The notes under the pieces are model-generated. The model ran no database searches. It saw only the letters and a program-made list of their open reading frames with translations, and was not told where the DNA came from. The position numbers and the translations under genes are program-made. DNA of 64,000 nucleotides from an uncultured Pseudomonadota bacterium (GTDB lineage: Bacteria; Myxococcota_A; Polyangia; Fen-1088). Below are positions 10,772 through 20,441 of this stretch, piece after piece; position 1 is the stretch's first letter; each line of letters starts with the position of its first letter. Location of the stretch: NCBI GenBank assembly GCA_963847705.1, contig CAWKBC010000047.1, forward strand, positions 64,001-128,000, written 5' to 3'.

Positions 10772-12394
10772 ATGCGTATCGCCGCGCTGGACGTGGGGTC
10801 CAACTCGTTCCACCTCATCGTCGCCGACGTCGAGACGGGCGGCCGGATTCATGTGCTCGACCGCGCGAAGGAGATGGTGCGGCTGGGCGACTCGACCTTG
10901 CACAAGGGGGTCATCGCGCCCGAGGTGTTTCGGCGCGGGCTGGACGCGCTGCGCGCGCTGCGGCGGATCGCCGACCGGCACAAGGTCGACGCGCTGGTGG
11001 CGGTGGCGACCAGCGCGGTGCGGGAGGCACAGAACGGCGGCGAGTTCGTGCGTGCGGCCCGCGACGAGTCCGGGATCGACATCCGTGTCATTCGCGGCGA
11101 CGAGGAGGCGCGCCTCATCTATCTCGGCGCGCGCGGATCTCTCAACCTCGGCAAGCGGCGGGTGGCACTGTTCGATCTGGGGGGCGGGTCCCTGGAGATC
11201 ATTCTGGCCGACGCGCAGGAGCTCTACTTCACCTCTTCGCTCAAGCTGGGGGTCATCCGCCTCTCGGAGAGTTGCCCCTGCTCCGATCCGCCCACCGCCC
11301 GCGAGCGCGCGCATCTCCAAGAGCGCGTGCGGACGATGCTCGATCCGGTGATCTCACGCGTCTGCGCCATGGGGTTCGACGACGTGGCGTTCACGTCCGG
11401 GACCGCGCAGGCGTTGGGGGGATTGCTGCGCTCCGAAGGGGGCAACGGCAGCGGAAAATCGACCATCGCGGTCGCCGATCTGGCGGCGCTCGAGCAAAAG
11501 CTGGGGACCCTGACGGTGGCGGCGCGGGCCAAGCTCCCCGGTCTCGATGCGCGGCGGGCCGACACGATCTACGCGGGAGCGGTGGTGTTCCGCACCGCGC
11601 TCGAGCTGGCGGGCGCCGAGCAGGCGGCGCTCTGCGAGACGGCGCTGCGCGAGGGGATCATCGCCGACTACGTCGCCTCCAACCGCCCCGGGATCCTGCT
11701 GGTGGAGGAGTTCCCCGACCTGCGGCGGCGGAGCGTGATGGAGCTGGCGCGTCGCTGCCAGTTCCGCGAGGACCACGGCACGCACGTGGCGCGGCTGGCG
11801 CTCTCGATCTTTCACCAGACCCGGCGGTTGCACAAGCTGGCCGACGCCGACGCCGAGCTGCTGGAATTCGCGGCGCTCCTGCACGACATCGGCTTCTACA
11901 TCTCGCCCCACCGCCACCACCGGCACAGCGAGTACCTGATCAAGAGCCACGCCATGACCGGCTTCTCGCGCTCGGAGGTGGAGATCATCGCGCAAACCGC
12001 GCGCTATCACCGCAAGGCCGAGCCGCGCCGCGGGCACGGTTCGATCAAGACGATCTCCAAGGCCGACTCCCGGCGCGTGCGCTACTTGGCCGCGATCTTG
12101 CGGGTGGCCGATGCCCTCGACCGCACGCACGCCCGGCTGGTGCGCGCGGTGCGCTGCTCGATCTCCTCGCGCACCGTGGAGGTCCGCGTCGACGCCGACG
12201 GTGATCCCGAGCTCGAGCTGTGGGCGGCGCGGCGCAAAGGCGACCTCTTCGAGTCGCTCGCGGGGCGCAAGCTCCGCTTCGCCGTCGACGGGCTCAAGGA
12301 GCGCGAAGAGCTCCCGGCGGCCGCCGCCCCGGCGTCCGCCCCGCTGCGGGTGGTCCGCGCCTCGGCCCGCTCGACCGCTTCGGCATCGGGATGA
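10772..12394 (+). CDS. ppx: Ppx/GppA exopolyphosphatase with C-terminal HD domain
   Basis: AALDVGSNSFHL, VATSAVREA, GDEEARL, DLGGGSLE, LREG, LLHDIG. Confidence 0.93.
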   Translation: MRIAALDVGSNSFHLIVADVETGGRIHVLDRAKEMVRLGDSTLHKGVIAPEVFRRGLDALRALRRIADRHKVDALVAVATSAVREAQNGGEFVRAARDESGIDIRVIRGDEEARLIYLGARGSLNLGKRRVALFDLGGGSLEIILADAQELYFTSSLKLGVIRLSESCPCSDPPTARERAHLQERVRTMLDPVISRVCAMGFDDVAFTSGTAQALGGLLRSEGGNGSGKSTIAVADLAALEQKLGTLTVAARAKLPGLDARRADTIYAGAVVFRTALELAGAEQAALCETALREGIIADYVASNRPGILLVEEFPDLRRRSVMELARRCQFREDHGTHVARLALSIFHQTRRLHKLADADAELLEFAALLHDIGFYISPHRHHRHSEYLIKSHAMTGFSRSEVEIIAQTARYHRKAEPRRGHGSIKTISKADSRRVRYLAAILRVADALDRTHARLVRAVRCSISSRTVEVRVDADGDPELELWAARRKGDLFESLAGRKLRFAVDGLKEREELPAAAAPASAPLRVVRASARSTASASG

Positions 12395-12465
12395 GCGGAG
12401 CCGGCGCCCCGCAGCGGCGCCGCGCCAGACGATCTCGACGCCCAGCGCGCCAGACTGGACGAAGA

Positions 12466-13455
12466 CTAGACGCCCAGCGCGCGCAAGCCGAAGTAGAGCG
12501 CGGCGGCGATGATCGCCGCCGACTGGATGGTGAAGAGCCAGGCCCAGACGATCCGCAGCGCCACGGCCCAGCGCACGCCGGCCGGCTTGTTCACCCAGCC
12601 CACGCCGACGATGCCGCCGGTGATGGTGTGGGTGGTCGACACCGGGACGCCGAGCGCGCTGGCCAGGAAGAGCATGGCGGCCGCACCGGTCTCGGCGCAG
12701 AAGCCGCCCGACGGTTTGAGCTTGGTGAGACGCATCCCCATGGTGCGCACGATCCGCCAGCCGCCGGTCAGCGTGCCGAGGCCCATCGCCGACTGGCAGG
12801 CGATGATCACCCAGAGCGGCAGCTCCGCATGCGCCCCGATCTTCCCCTTGGCGATCAGCATCGCCATGATGATCCCCATCGTCTTCTGCGCGTCATTCGC
12901 GCCGTGCCCCAGGCTGAACAGCGCCGACGACACCAGCTGAAGGCGCCTGAACCAGCGGTCGACGCGCCCCGGCTGCTTGCGGCGGAAGACCCAGGCGACC
13001 AGCACCATCATCCCGCCGCCCAGGATCATCCCCAGCACCGGTGAGACGACGATGAAGATGGCGGTCTTGAGCACGCCGCTCTGCTGCACGACCGCGAACC
13101 CCCCCTTGCTGATCCCGGCGCCCAGCAGCCCGCCGACCAGCGCGTGCGACGAGCTGGACGGCAGCCCGTACCACCAGGTGATGAGGTTCCAGGCGATCGC
13201 CCCGCCGAGCGCGCCCAGGAGGACGGCGTCGGTGATGATCTTCGGGTCGATGATCCCCTTGCCGATGGTGTGCGCCACGTGCAGCGGGAAGACCGTGAAG
13301 GCGATGAAGTTGAAGAACCCGGCCCAGACCACCGCCTGACGCGGGGTCAGGACGCGCGTGGAGACGATGGTGGCGATCGAGTTTGCGGCGTCGTGAAACC
13401 CGTTGATGTAGTCGAAGGCCAGCGCGATCACGACAATCGCGACGATGATCAGCAT
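12466..13455 (-). CDS. pit: Inorganic phosphate transporter, PiT family
   Basis: NGFHDAANSIAT, GLPSSSSHAL, GHGANDAQK, PVSTTH; ATG at 13455. Confidence 0.95.
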   Translation of the reverse strand: MLIIVAIVVIALAFDYINGFHDAANSIATIVSTRVLTPRQAVVWAGFFNFIAFTVFPLHVAHTIGKGIIDPKIITDAVLLGALGGAIAWNLITWWYGLPSSSSHALVGGLLGAGISKGGFAVVQQSGVLKTAIFIVVSPVLGMILGGGMMVLVAWVFRRKQPGRVDRWFRRLQLVSSALFSLGHGANDAQKTMGIIMAMLIAKGKIGAHAELPLWVIIACQSAMGLGTLTGGWRIVRTMGMRLTKLKPSGGFCAETGAAAMLFLASALGVPVSTTHTITGGIVGVGWVNKPAGVRWAVALRIVWAWLFTIQSAAIIAAALYFGLRALGV

Positions 13456-13465
13456 GGGGGGTGAG

Positions 13466-14086
13466 TCAGCTGTTCTCGAGGAGCACGCCCTCGATGATGT
13501 TGGCGACGTCCTCACAACGGTCGGTGGCCGACTCCAGGGTCTCGTAGATCTCTTTCCACTTGATGACGGTGATGGGGTCCTTCTCCTCGCGGAAGAGGCG
13601 CGCCAGCGCCGCGCGCAGGATCGAGTCGGCCACGTTCTCCAGGCGGTTGATCTCGATGCAGTGCTGCAGGATGGTCTCCGACTTGCTGAGATCGCGGATG
13701 CCGGCGACCGCGCTCAGCACGTGCTCGGCGCTCGACACCAGGCAGCGCGCCAGATCGACCGCCTCCTTGGTCATCTGCTTGACGTCGTAGAGCGCCAGCC
13801 GATCGGCCGCCGCCTCCACCATGTCCATGATGTCGTCCATCTTGGTGATGAGGCGGTAAATGTCATTCCGATCGATCGGCGTGATGAAGGTCTTGTGGAG
13901 GCTCGCCACCACCGCGTGGGTGATCTCGTCGCACTCGTGCTCGATCTGCATGACCCGCTCCGCCCGCTGGTCGAGATCAGTCGGGTTCTCCACCATCTCC
14001 AAAAAGGCCCGGCACCCTTCGACCGTCTTCCGTCCTTGTTGCTCGAAGTAGGAAAAAAAGGACGGGTCGTGCGGGAGAAGCCTCAT
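13466..14086 (-). CDS. DUF47 / PhoU-like Pit accessory protein
   Basis: IEHECD, TFITPIDRND, LESATDRCEDVANIIE; directly upstream of pit. Confidence 0.92.
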   Translation of the reverse strand: MRLLPHDPSFFSYFEQQGRKTVEGCRAFLEMVENPTDLDQRAERVMQIEHECDEITHAVVASLHKTFITPIDRNDIYRLITKMDDIMDMVEAAADRLALYDVKQMTKEAVDLARCLVSSAEHVLSAVAGIRDLSKSETILQHCIEINRLENVADSILRAALARLFREEKDPITVIKWKEIYETLESATDRCEDVANIIEGVLLENS

Positions 14087-14138
14087 GGCCGCCCGCTATA
14101 TATCTGAAGCGGCCGGGCGCGGCCAGCCCCGTCGCCCC

Positions 14139-15500
14139 TCACAGCGACATGGCGAAACGCAACAGGAACTCCTGCTCGAACTTCTCCATGGCCGCCAGCT
14201 CCGTGACGGTGATCGAGGTTCCGCTCCAGGCGTTGACGATGTAGTTCGCCGAGAGCCGGACGAAGCGCCCGCGCCAGTAGTTGACGCCGACCGTCCCCGA
14301 CGTCACCCGGGTGGTGGCGATCCCGGGATCTCCCAGCGCCGGGTTGTCACTGGTCAGATTCTCCTTCAGCACTTCCCCCCGCACCGCCAGCTGCAACCCC
14401 TCGGTCAGCCACGGGTGCTGGGAGGCGCCGATCCGCAGCGGCAGCTCCAGCCCCGGCGCGGGGAGCAGCCGGTCGTCCCCCAGCAGCCAGAACCAGAGCT
14501 CTCCGTAGCCGCTGATCCCGTCGAGGGTCGCCTCACCGACCGGCGTGGCCAGCCCCAGCGAGGCGTCGTCCTCGGCCAGGTGCTGCCGCTTCCAGACCAC
14601 CTCACCGCGCAGCCCGAAGCGCTCGCCGATCGGCAGGTTCAGCTCGCCACCGAAGGCGGTGACGGTCCCCTGCTCGTGCAGCTCGAATGACCGGGGCGAG
14701 GGCTGGCCGCTCGTCCAGTGCGGCTCGAAGAAGACCACCCCGCCCGGCGTCGCCTGCACCACCGCTTCGGGGCCGAGCACGTGATTGCCGTACCAGAAGG
14801 AGCCTCCAATCGACCAGCGTCTCCACCAGCCGTCGCCGAGGGCGAAGGGCGTCGCCACCAGGCGCCCGATGGTGTCCGATTGATTGTCGGCGTTGCGGAA
14901 CGCGGGCCCTTCTCCGTCGAAGAGGCCTGCCGAATAGTAAAAGCGCCCGTCGCCGACCAGGCCGTGGGCCATCACGCCGACCTCCTTGTTCCGCGGGGCG
15001 CCGAACGAGCGCGCCACCATCGCCCGCTCGATGAAGTCGGTGTAAGCGTCGGAGGTGCGGTTCTCCAGCGTGAAGGGGACGTCGAACTGCCCCGCCTGCA
15101 AGATCAAGCGATCGCCCAGCCGGTCGCCGAAGGGCGCGAACGCCAGATACTCGTCGGCGGCCGGGAGCGCGCTCGGCGCGACGTCCGTGCCGGCGGGGGG
15201 CGAGGGGGCGAAGTCGCCCGAAACGTCGAAGTAGAAGAGTGGGCCGAGCCATCCGCGGAGCTCGACACGCGCCCGGCGAACGAAGGCGCCGCTCTTGGGG
15301 GACTGCTCGCGGAAGAAGGCGCTGTCGATCTGCAGCCGTCCCCCGGGGAAGAGGACGATCGCGCCGTCGCGGCTGCGCAGGAACACCCCGTCTGCGAAGT
15401 CCCCGATCGGATCCAGCGGCGCCTCGTCGGCGCGCGCCCGGGTGGGGGCGAAGAGCAGCGCCGCGCAGAAACCGACGGTGGCGAGGCGGGCGGCGAACAT
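14139..15500 (-). CDS. Phosphate-selective porin OprO/OprP family
   Basis: ATG at 15500, signal peptide ARA-D, GGRLQID, VRRARVELRG, GQFDVPFTLE, GVNYW; upstream of DUF47-pit. Confidence 0.8.
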   Translation of the reverse strand: MFAARLATVGFCAALLFAPTRARADEAPLDPIGDFADGVFLRSRDGAIVLFPGGRLQIDSAFFREQSPKSGAFVRRARVELRGWLGPLFYFDVSGDFAPSPPAGTDVAPSALPAADEYLAFAPFGDRLGDRLILQAGQFDVPFTLENRTSDAYTDFIERAMVARSFGAPRNKEVGVMAHGLVGDGRFYYSAGLFDGEGPAFRNADNQSDTIGRLVATPFALGDGWWRRWSIGGSFWYGNHVLGPEAVVQATPGGVVFFEPHWTSGQPSPRSFELHEQGTVTAFGGELNLPIGERFGLRGEVVWKRQHLAEDDASLGLATPVGEATLDGISGYGELWFWLLGDDRLLPAPGLELPLRIGASQHPWLTEGLQLAVRGEVLKENLTSDNPALGDPGIATTRVTSGTVGVNYWRGRFVRLSANYIVNAWSGTSITVTELAAMEKFEQEFLLRFAMSL

Positions 15501-15539
15501 CGCGGCTTGCGCATTGTAACCGGCCGGCGAGACTGAAGC

Positions 15540-16040
15540 GTGGTTCCCGATCGAAATGACCCGCCGGAGACCGCCCCACCTGCTGACCTGCGTGCGCTGG
15601 CGCGCAAATACCAGCGGCTGGCGGGCTGGCGGGGCCAGCGTGACGGGGGCTCCTCGGCGACGCGCGACGAGCTGCGGGCCCTGGCCGCCGAATTCCCCGG
15701 CTGTCTGCGCGAGCTCGACACCCTGGGGCTTGCCGAGCTCGCGCGCCGCGCCCAGGCCTGTGCCGGGGCGGTGAACGGGACGACCTCGGCGGAGCCGTGG
15801 ATGGCCTGGATCGCCGGCTACCACGACCTGATGCGGCGGGCCTTCGCGGCCCGCGACCGCCGCGCCCGCGGCGAATCCGGGGAGACCGACGACGACTTCG
15901 AGCGAGCGGTCCTCGCGCCGCCCGGCGGGAGGATGGGGGTGGTGGTGCTGCGCACGCTGGCCGCGCGCTTTGGCGTACCGGCGGCGACAATCGCCGCTGT
16001 GCTCTTCCCGGTGCGCCGCCCCTCGCCCTACGAGGTTTAG
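15540..16040 (+). CDS. Hypothetical protein
   Basis: Coding-like GC3 bias; fills the gap divergent from the porin gene. Confidence 0.65.
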   Translation: MVPDRNDPPETAPPADLRALARKYQRLAGWRGQRDGGSSATRDELRALAAEFPGCLRELDTLGLAELARRAQACAGAVNGTTSAEPWMAWIAGYHDLMRRAFAARDRRARGESGETDDDFERAVLAPPGGRMGVVVLRTLAARFGVPAATIAAVLFPVRRPSPYEV

Positions 16041-16054
16041 GGCGCCTTCGGGCG

Positions 16055-16106
16055 CGCGTCTTGGTCGCCGGTCTTGGTCGCGCGTCTTGGTCGCGCGTCT
16101 TGGTCG
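16055..16106. repeat. Tandem repeat 4 x 13 bp (CGCGTCTTGGTCG)
   Basis: Copies at 16055, 16068 (CCGG variant), 16081 and 16094; ends directly before ATG at 16107. Confidence 0.92.
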
Positions 16107-16400
16107 ATGACGGCCGATCGCACGGGTCGCTGGCGCTATCGCAAGCTCTCCGCCTTCCAGGTCGAGGGGTACGCCGACCACGTCGGCTTCGGCCGGCCGC
16201 TCGATCTGGCGCGCGAACGCCAGGCGCTGATCGACGACGCGCCGGAGATGAGCACCCGCCGGTCCGGGCTCTACAAGCGCTACGAGCTGCTGGTGGCGTA
16301 CCTTCTGGAGCGGCGCGGCCTCTCCGTCGATGAGCTCCTGGCACGGCGGATCCAGCAGCGACAGATCGAGGGCGAGCTGCTGAGCGACACGGGGATCTGA
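16107..16400 (+). CDS. Small hypothetical protein (97 aa)
   Basis: ATG at 16107, typical codon usage, protein-like composition. Confidence 0.6.
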   Translation: MTADRTGRWRYRKLSAFQVEGYADHVGFGRPLDLARERQALIDDAPEMSTRRSGLYKRYELLVAYLLERRGLSVDELLARRIQQRQIEGELLSDTGI

Positions 16401-16405
16401 ACCGA

Positions 16406-18637
16406 TCAGCGCGTCGGGAGGGGCCGGACCCGCGCCAACGAGGCGGCCAGCGCCTCCGGCTCGTGCACCGGCAGGTCGCAGCGACCGTGCACGCAGACGT
16501 AGGCGGTCGGTCGGCCGTCGAGCGCGGGCTTGTCGGCGATCCAGGGCACCAGCGCGCCCAGCGCCGCCACGTCGGTCTCGCACGCGGCCGCGATGGCGCG
16601 GTTGGGGACGAACGTGCGGCGCACCACCTCGAGCAACGGCGCGGCGCTGGCGATCGTGGCGTCGCGCGGCCAGACGATGGCGATCTCGCGCGCCTCGTCC
16701 GTCGCGTAGTCCACGGCCAGCAGTGTCTCCGTGAGCGCGAGCGGGTTTTCCATGAGCGGCCCCGACAGACTGGCCAGCGCGCGCTCGGCGGTGGTGCGCC
16801 AGCGGTCATCCGCGGTGAAGGTGTGGAGACGCAACGCCGACAGCAGCGCGACGGAGGCGCCGGACGGCTCGGCGCCGTCATAGGCCGGCTTCTCACGGGC
16901 AATGAGCTTCTCGTGGTCGCCGGCCGTCATGAACCAGCCGCCGGCCGGATCGGCGAAGCGGCGCTCGGTCTCCTCGGCGAGGGCCAGCGCCGTCTCGAGC
17001 CAGCGGCGCTCGAAGGTCGCCTCGTAGAGATCGAGCAACCCGGCCGTGAGGAAGGCCTGGTCGTCGAGGAACGCCGCGACGCCGGTCCGTCCCTCCTTCC
17101 AGCTCCGCACCAACCGCCCGTCCGGACGCATCCGGTCGAGCACGAAGCTGGCCGCGCGCGCGGCCGCAGCGACGTAACGCGGCTCATCGAGCACGCGGCC
17201 GGCGACGGCCAAGCCGGAGATCGCCAGGCCGTTCCAGGCGGCCAGGATCTTCTCGTCCCGCAGGGGCGGTGGCCGCCTGGCGCGGACGGCGTAGAGGGCG
17301 GCCCGGGCCTCGGCCAGCGCAGCCCACTCGTCTTCGTCGGGGCGCGCGACGTGCAGGATGTTCTCCCCTTCGAAGTTGCCGCCCGCGGTGACGCCGTAGT
17401 GCGCGACGAAGCGGGCGGCGTCGGCGCCCGGTCCGATGACCCTCTCGAGCTCCTGCTTCGACCAGACGAAGAACTTCCCTTCCGCCGAGACGCCGTCTGC
17501 GCCCTCCGAGTCGGCGTCGGTCGCCGAATAGAATCCACCGTCGGGCGCGGTCATCTCGCGCGCCAGATAGTCGAGCGTCTCGCGGGCGACGCGCGCGAAG
17601 TCGCCGCGCCCGGTGGCCTGGAACGCCTCGGCGTACGCCACGACCAGGAGGCCGTTGTCGTAGAGCATCTTCTCGAAGTGCGGCACCAGCCAGGCGGCAT
17701 CGGTCGAGTAGCGATGAAATCCGCCGGCCAGCTGATCGTACATGCCGCCGCCGGCCATCTTCTCCAGGGTGAACGTCGCCATCCGGAGCGCGTCGGCGTC
17801 GCCCGTCCGTCGATGCTCGCGGAGCAGAAGGCGAATCGGGAGATTGGACGGGAACTTGGGCGCGCGCCGCAGACCGCCGTTGGCCTCGTCGAAGACGCGC
17901 TTGTAGGCGCCGACCGTCTGGCCGATCAGGCCAGCGCCGGGGGTCTCCACAGCGCTGCCGGACGTCGCACCGGGCGCCGGCTCCATCTGCGCGCGCACCG
18001 CCCGCACCAGCGCCTCCGCCGCGCGTCCGACGCGCTCCCCGTCGCTGACGTACGTCTGGTAGATGTCGCCGAGCAGCTCCAGGAACCCGTGGCGGGCGCC
18101 GCGCGCCCCCTCGCGCGGCGGAAAATAAGTCCCACCGAAGAACGGCTCTCGAGCGGGGGTCAGCCAGACGCTCATCGGCCAGCCGCCCGACTGGTTCAGC
18201 GCCTGCACGGCGGCCATGTAGATCGCGTCGACGTCGGGGCGCTCCTCGCGGTCGACCTTGATGCAGACGTAGTGGCCGTTCATGAAGGCGGCGATCTCTT
18301 CGTCCTCGAACGACTCCGCCTCCATCACGTGGCACCAGTGGCAGGTGGCGTACCCGATGGAGAGAAAGACCGGCCGTCCGAGCCGGCGCGCCTTGTCGAA
18401 GGCCTCGTCGCCCCAGGCCATCCAGTCGACCGGGTTGTGCGCGTGCTGCAGCAGGTAGGGGCTCGATTCGAGGATCAGCCGGTTGGTGTACTTCGGCGCG
18501 TCGGCGCCCAGCAGGTGGTGCGTGCGCGGGCGGTAGCCGCCCGGCGCAGCCTGGTGCCGGCGGAGAGCGGCGCCCAGCTCCGCCGCCAGCTCGGGGGAGT
18601 AGGCAGGCGCTTGGGGTGGCGCAGCGATGGTGGGCAC
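16406..18637 (-). CDS. Thioredoxin-domain protein, YyaL/SPATA20 (DUF255) family
   Basis: [50 protein letters not shown]. Confidence 0.95.
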   Translation of the reverse strand: MPTIAAPPQAPAYSPELAAELGAALRRHQAAPGGYRPRTHHLLGADAPKYTNRLILESSPYLLQHAHNPVDWMAWGDEAFDKARRLGRPVFLSIGYATCHWCHVMEAESFEDEEIAAFMNGHYVCIKVDREERPDVDAIYMAAVQALNQSGGWPMSVWLTPAREPFFGGTYFPPREGARGARHGFLELLGDIYQTYVSDGERVGRAAEALVRAVRAQMEPAPGATSGSAVETPGAGLIGQTVGAYKRVFDEANGGLRRAPKFPSNLPIRLLLREHRRTGDADALRMATFTLEKMAGGGMYDQLAGGFHRYSTDAAWLVPHFEKMLYDNGLLVVAYAEAFQATGRGDFARVARETLDYLAREMTAPDGGFYSATDADSEGADGVSAEGKFFVWSKQELERVIGPGADAARFVAHYGVTAGGNFEGENILHVARPDEDEWAALAEARAALYAVRARRPPPLRDEKILAAWNGLAISGLAVAGRVLDEPRYVAAAARAASFVLDRMRPDGRLVRSWKEGRTGVAAFLDDQAFLTAGLLDLYEATFERRWLETALALAEETERRFADPAGGWFMTAGDHEKLIAREKPAYDGAEPSGASVALLSALRLHTFTADDRWRTTAERALASLSGPLMENPLALTETLLAVDYATDEAREIAIVWPRDATIASAAPLLEVVRRTFVPNRAIAAACETDVAALGALVPWIADKPALDGRPTAYVCVHGRCDLPVHEPEALAASLARVRPLPTR

Positions 18638-18650
18638 GACCCGAAGCTAA

Positions 18651-18863
18651 CACCGTCCCGGCCGGGACGAAGCCCGCTTCCTCGATCGCCGGCGTGTCGA
18701 TCCTTCGAACGGTCTCGCCGTCGCCACTTTCGCGATCATCTCGCACGATCATCGCCCGGAGGGGACCCATGACGACGCGGGAGATCGGCAAGAGGTCGGC
18801 CTCTTCACCGTCGAGAACGGCAAGATCACGCGCGAGGCGTTCTTCTACTCCCTGGAAGGTTGA
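18651..18863 (+). pseudogene. Remnant of a SnoaL/NTF2-like gene
   Basis: Frame without a start codon ending EVGLFTVENGKITREAFFYSLEG*, typical of SnoaL-like C-termini. Confidence 0.5.
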
Positions 18864-18878
18864 ACTGGCGGCGGGCCG

Positions 18879-20441
18879 CTACCGCTCGAACATCTGATCG
18901 ACCGGCACCACGCGGACCGCGTCCTTGTTGAGCGGCACCGGGAACTTCTCGATGATCTTGTCCTCGGCCAGCACCTCGGGCGGGGTGCCGGCCGTGTCGT
19001 AGGTGATCGGCGTCGGTGCGTCGCTGAGCAGCTTGTCGGCCAGCGCCTGCCCGTGATCGGCGACGATGGCGATGGCCAGCCCGTTCAGCGACAGGTGCTT
19101 GCGGACCGCCTTGTCGACCTCGGCCTTGGTCATCTTGGGGAGGCGCGCCTGCAGCTCCTTCACCAGATCCTTGCCGGTGAGGACGGCGTCGATGGCGAAG
19201 CCGAGCCGGCGCGACACGTCCTGCGCCCAGAGGTTGGCGTAGTTGGTCAGGAAGGTCTTGGTGGCGTCGAAGCCCGACTGGGGGATGCCGTCGCGGATCA
19301 GCTTGTCGGTCTCGTAGAGGGCGGCGCGCAGCGCGAACAGGCTGTTCTGCGGCGGGACCGGGCGCAGCCAGATCTCGAAGTGCTGCTGGCGGCGGGGAAT
19401 GTTGGGGAGCGGGAAGGTGGTCCATCCGTCCTGGATGAAGCTCTCGATGTAGGCGTAATCGCCGTAGTTGAGGCCGCGGTTTCCGCGCAGGTGATTCATC
19501 AGCACGCCATTGAAGGTGCGGTGTTCGCCCAGGTACGACCGCGCCACGGTGAGCGGGTAGAAATCGGCGTCCTTGCGGGTCACATCGAGGGTGTGGCCGA
19601 TCGAGATGGCGTTGGCGCGCGCGTCCTTCTGCACGACCAGGAGCTGATTGTCCTTGAGCGCCGGCGCAGGGGGCAGCTTGGGGAGCGGCGGCGCCTTGGC
19701 GGGAAGCGCGGAGAACCGCTTGGCGAACGCCTCGGCGAAGCCGGCCGGGTATCCGCCAGCGAGGCCGACCACCAGCCGGCTGCGCGCGTAGTGCGACGCG
19801 TAGAACTTCTTCACGTCGTCGAGCGTGATGGCAGTGAGGCCGGCGACCGTCCCCGACGTGGGGCGCCCGTACGGGTGCCCCTGGTAGAGCACCGTGGCCA
19901 GCGCCTGCTTGCCCAGCTCCTCGTCGGCGTTCCCGCGCAACGTCTTGGTCAGGTAGTCGAGCGCGTCTTCCTTGTTGCGCGCGAAGTCGTCGTCGGCGAA
20001 CCGGGGGGTCAGCACCTGCCCGGCCAGGAGATCGGCGAACTTCGCCAGGTTGTCGCGGTGGACCGTCCCTTCGAACACCACCGATTCCTTGTCGCTGTAG
20101 ACCCTGATCTCGGCGGCCAGGGGATAGAGCGCGTCGAGCAGCTCGGAGTAGGTGTGGGCCTTGCTGCCGCCGCGCCCGAGCATGTCGGCGGTGAGCGACG
20201 CCACCCCCTCCTTGCCGGCGGGATCGTCGACCGAGCCGATCTGGAAGACCAGGCGTATCGCGCAGAGCGGGCTCTGCGGCGAGGGGATGAAGACGGTGCG
20301 GATCCCCGCGACGCTGGTGGGCGTCCTGGGTGTCGTCTTGGTCGGAGTCTTGGTCGTTGTGGTCTTGGTCATGGGATTGTCGGGTGCGGCGACGGCGTGG
20401 GCGGCGAACAGCAGAGTGGGGAGGACGATGGCGAATTTCAT
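18879..20441 (-). CDS. M16 family peptidase, non-catalytic subunit
   Basis: ATG at 20441 (ATGA overlap), signal peptide, GSVDDPAGKEGVASL, LRGNRGLNYG; no HxxEH. Confidence 0.9.
   Translation of the reverse strand: MKFAIVLPTLLFAAHAVAAPDNPMTKTTTTKTPTKTTPRTPTSVAGIRTVFIPSPQSPLCAIRLVFQIGSVDDPAGKEGVASLTADMLGRGGSKAHTYSELLDALYPLAAEIRVYSDKESVVFEGTVHRDNLAKFADLLAGQVLTPRFADDDFARNKEDALDYLTKTLRGNADEELGKQALATVLYQGHPYGRPTSGTVAGLTAITLDDVKKFYASHYARSRLVVGLAGGYPAGFAEAFAKRFSALPAKAPPLPKLPPAPALKDNQLLVVQKDARANAISIGHTLDVTRKDADFYPLTVARSYLGEHRTFNGVLMNHLRGNRGLNYGDYAYIESFIQDGWTTFPLPNIPRRQQHFEIWLRPVPPQNSLFALRAALYETDKLIRDGIPQSGFDATKTFLTNYANLWAQDVSRRLGFAIDAVLTGKDLVKELQARLPKMTKAEVDKAVRKHLSLNGLAIAIVADHGQALADKLLSDAPTPITYDTAGTPPEVLAEDKIIEKFPVPLNKDAVRVVPVDQMFER

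Noticed and set aside
18330-18346. CHWCH as a heme c site
   Set aside because: It is the conserved thioredoxin-like motif of the YyaL/SPATA20 family, in a protein with no signal peptide.
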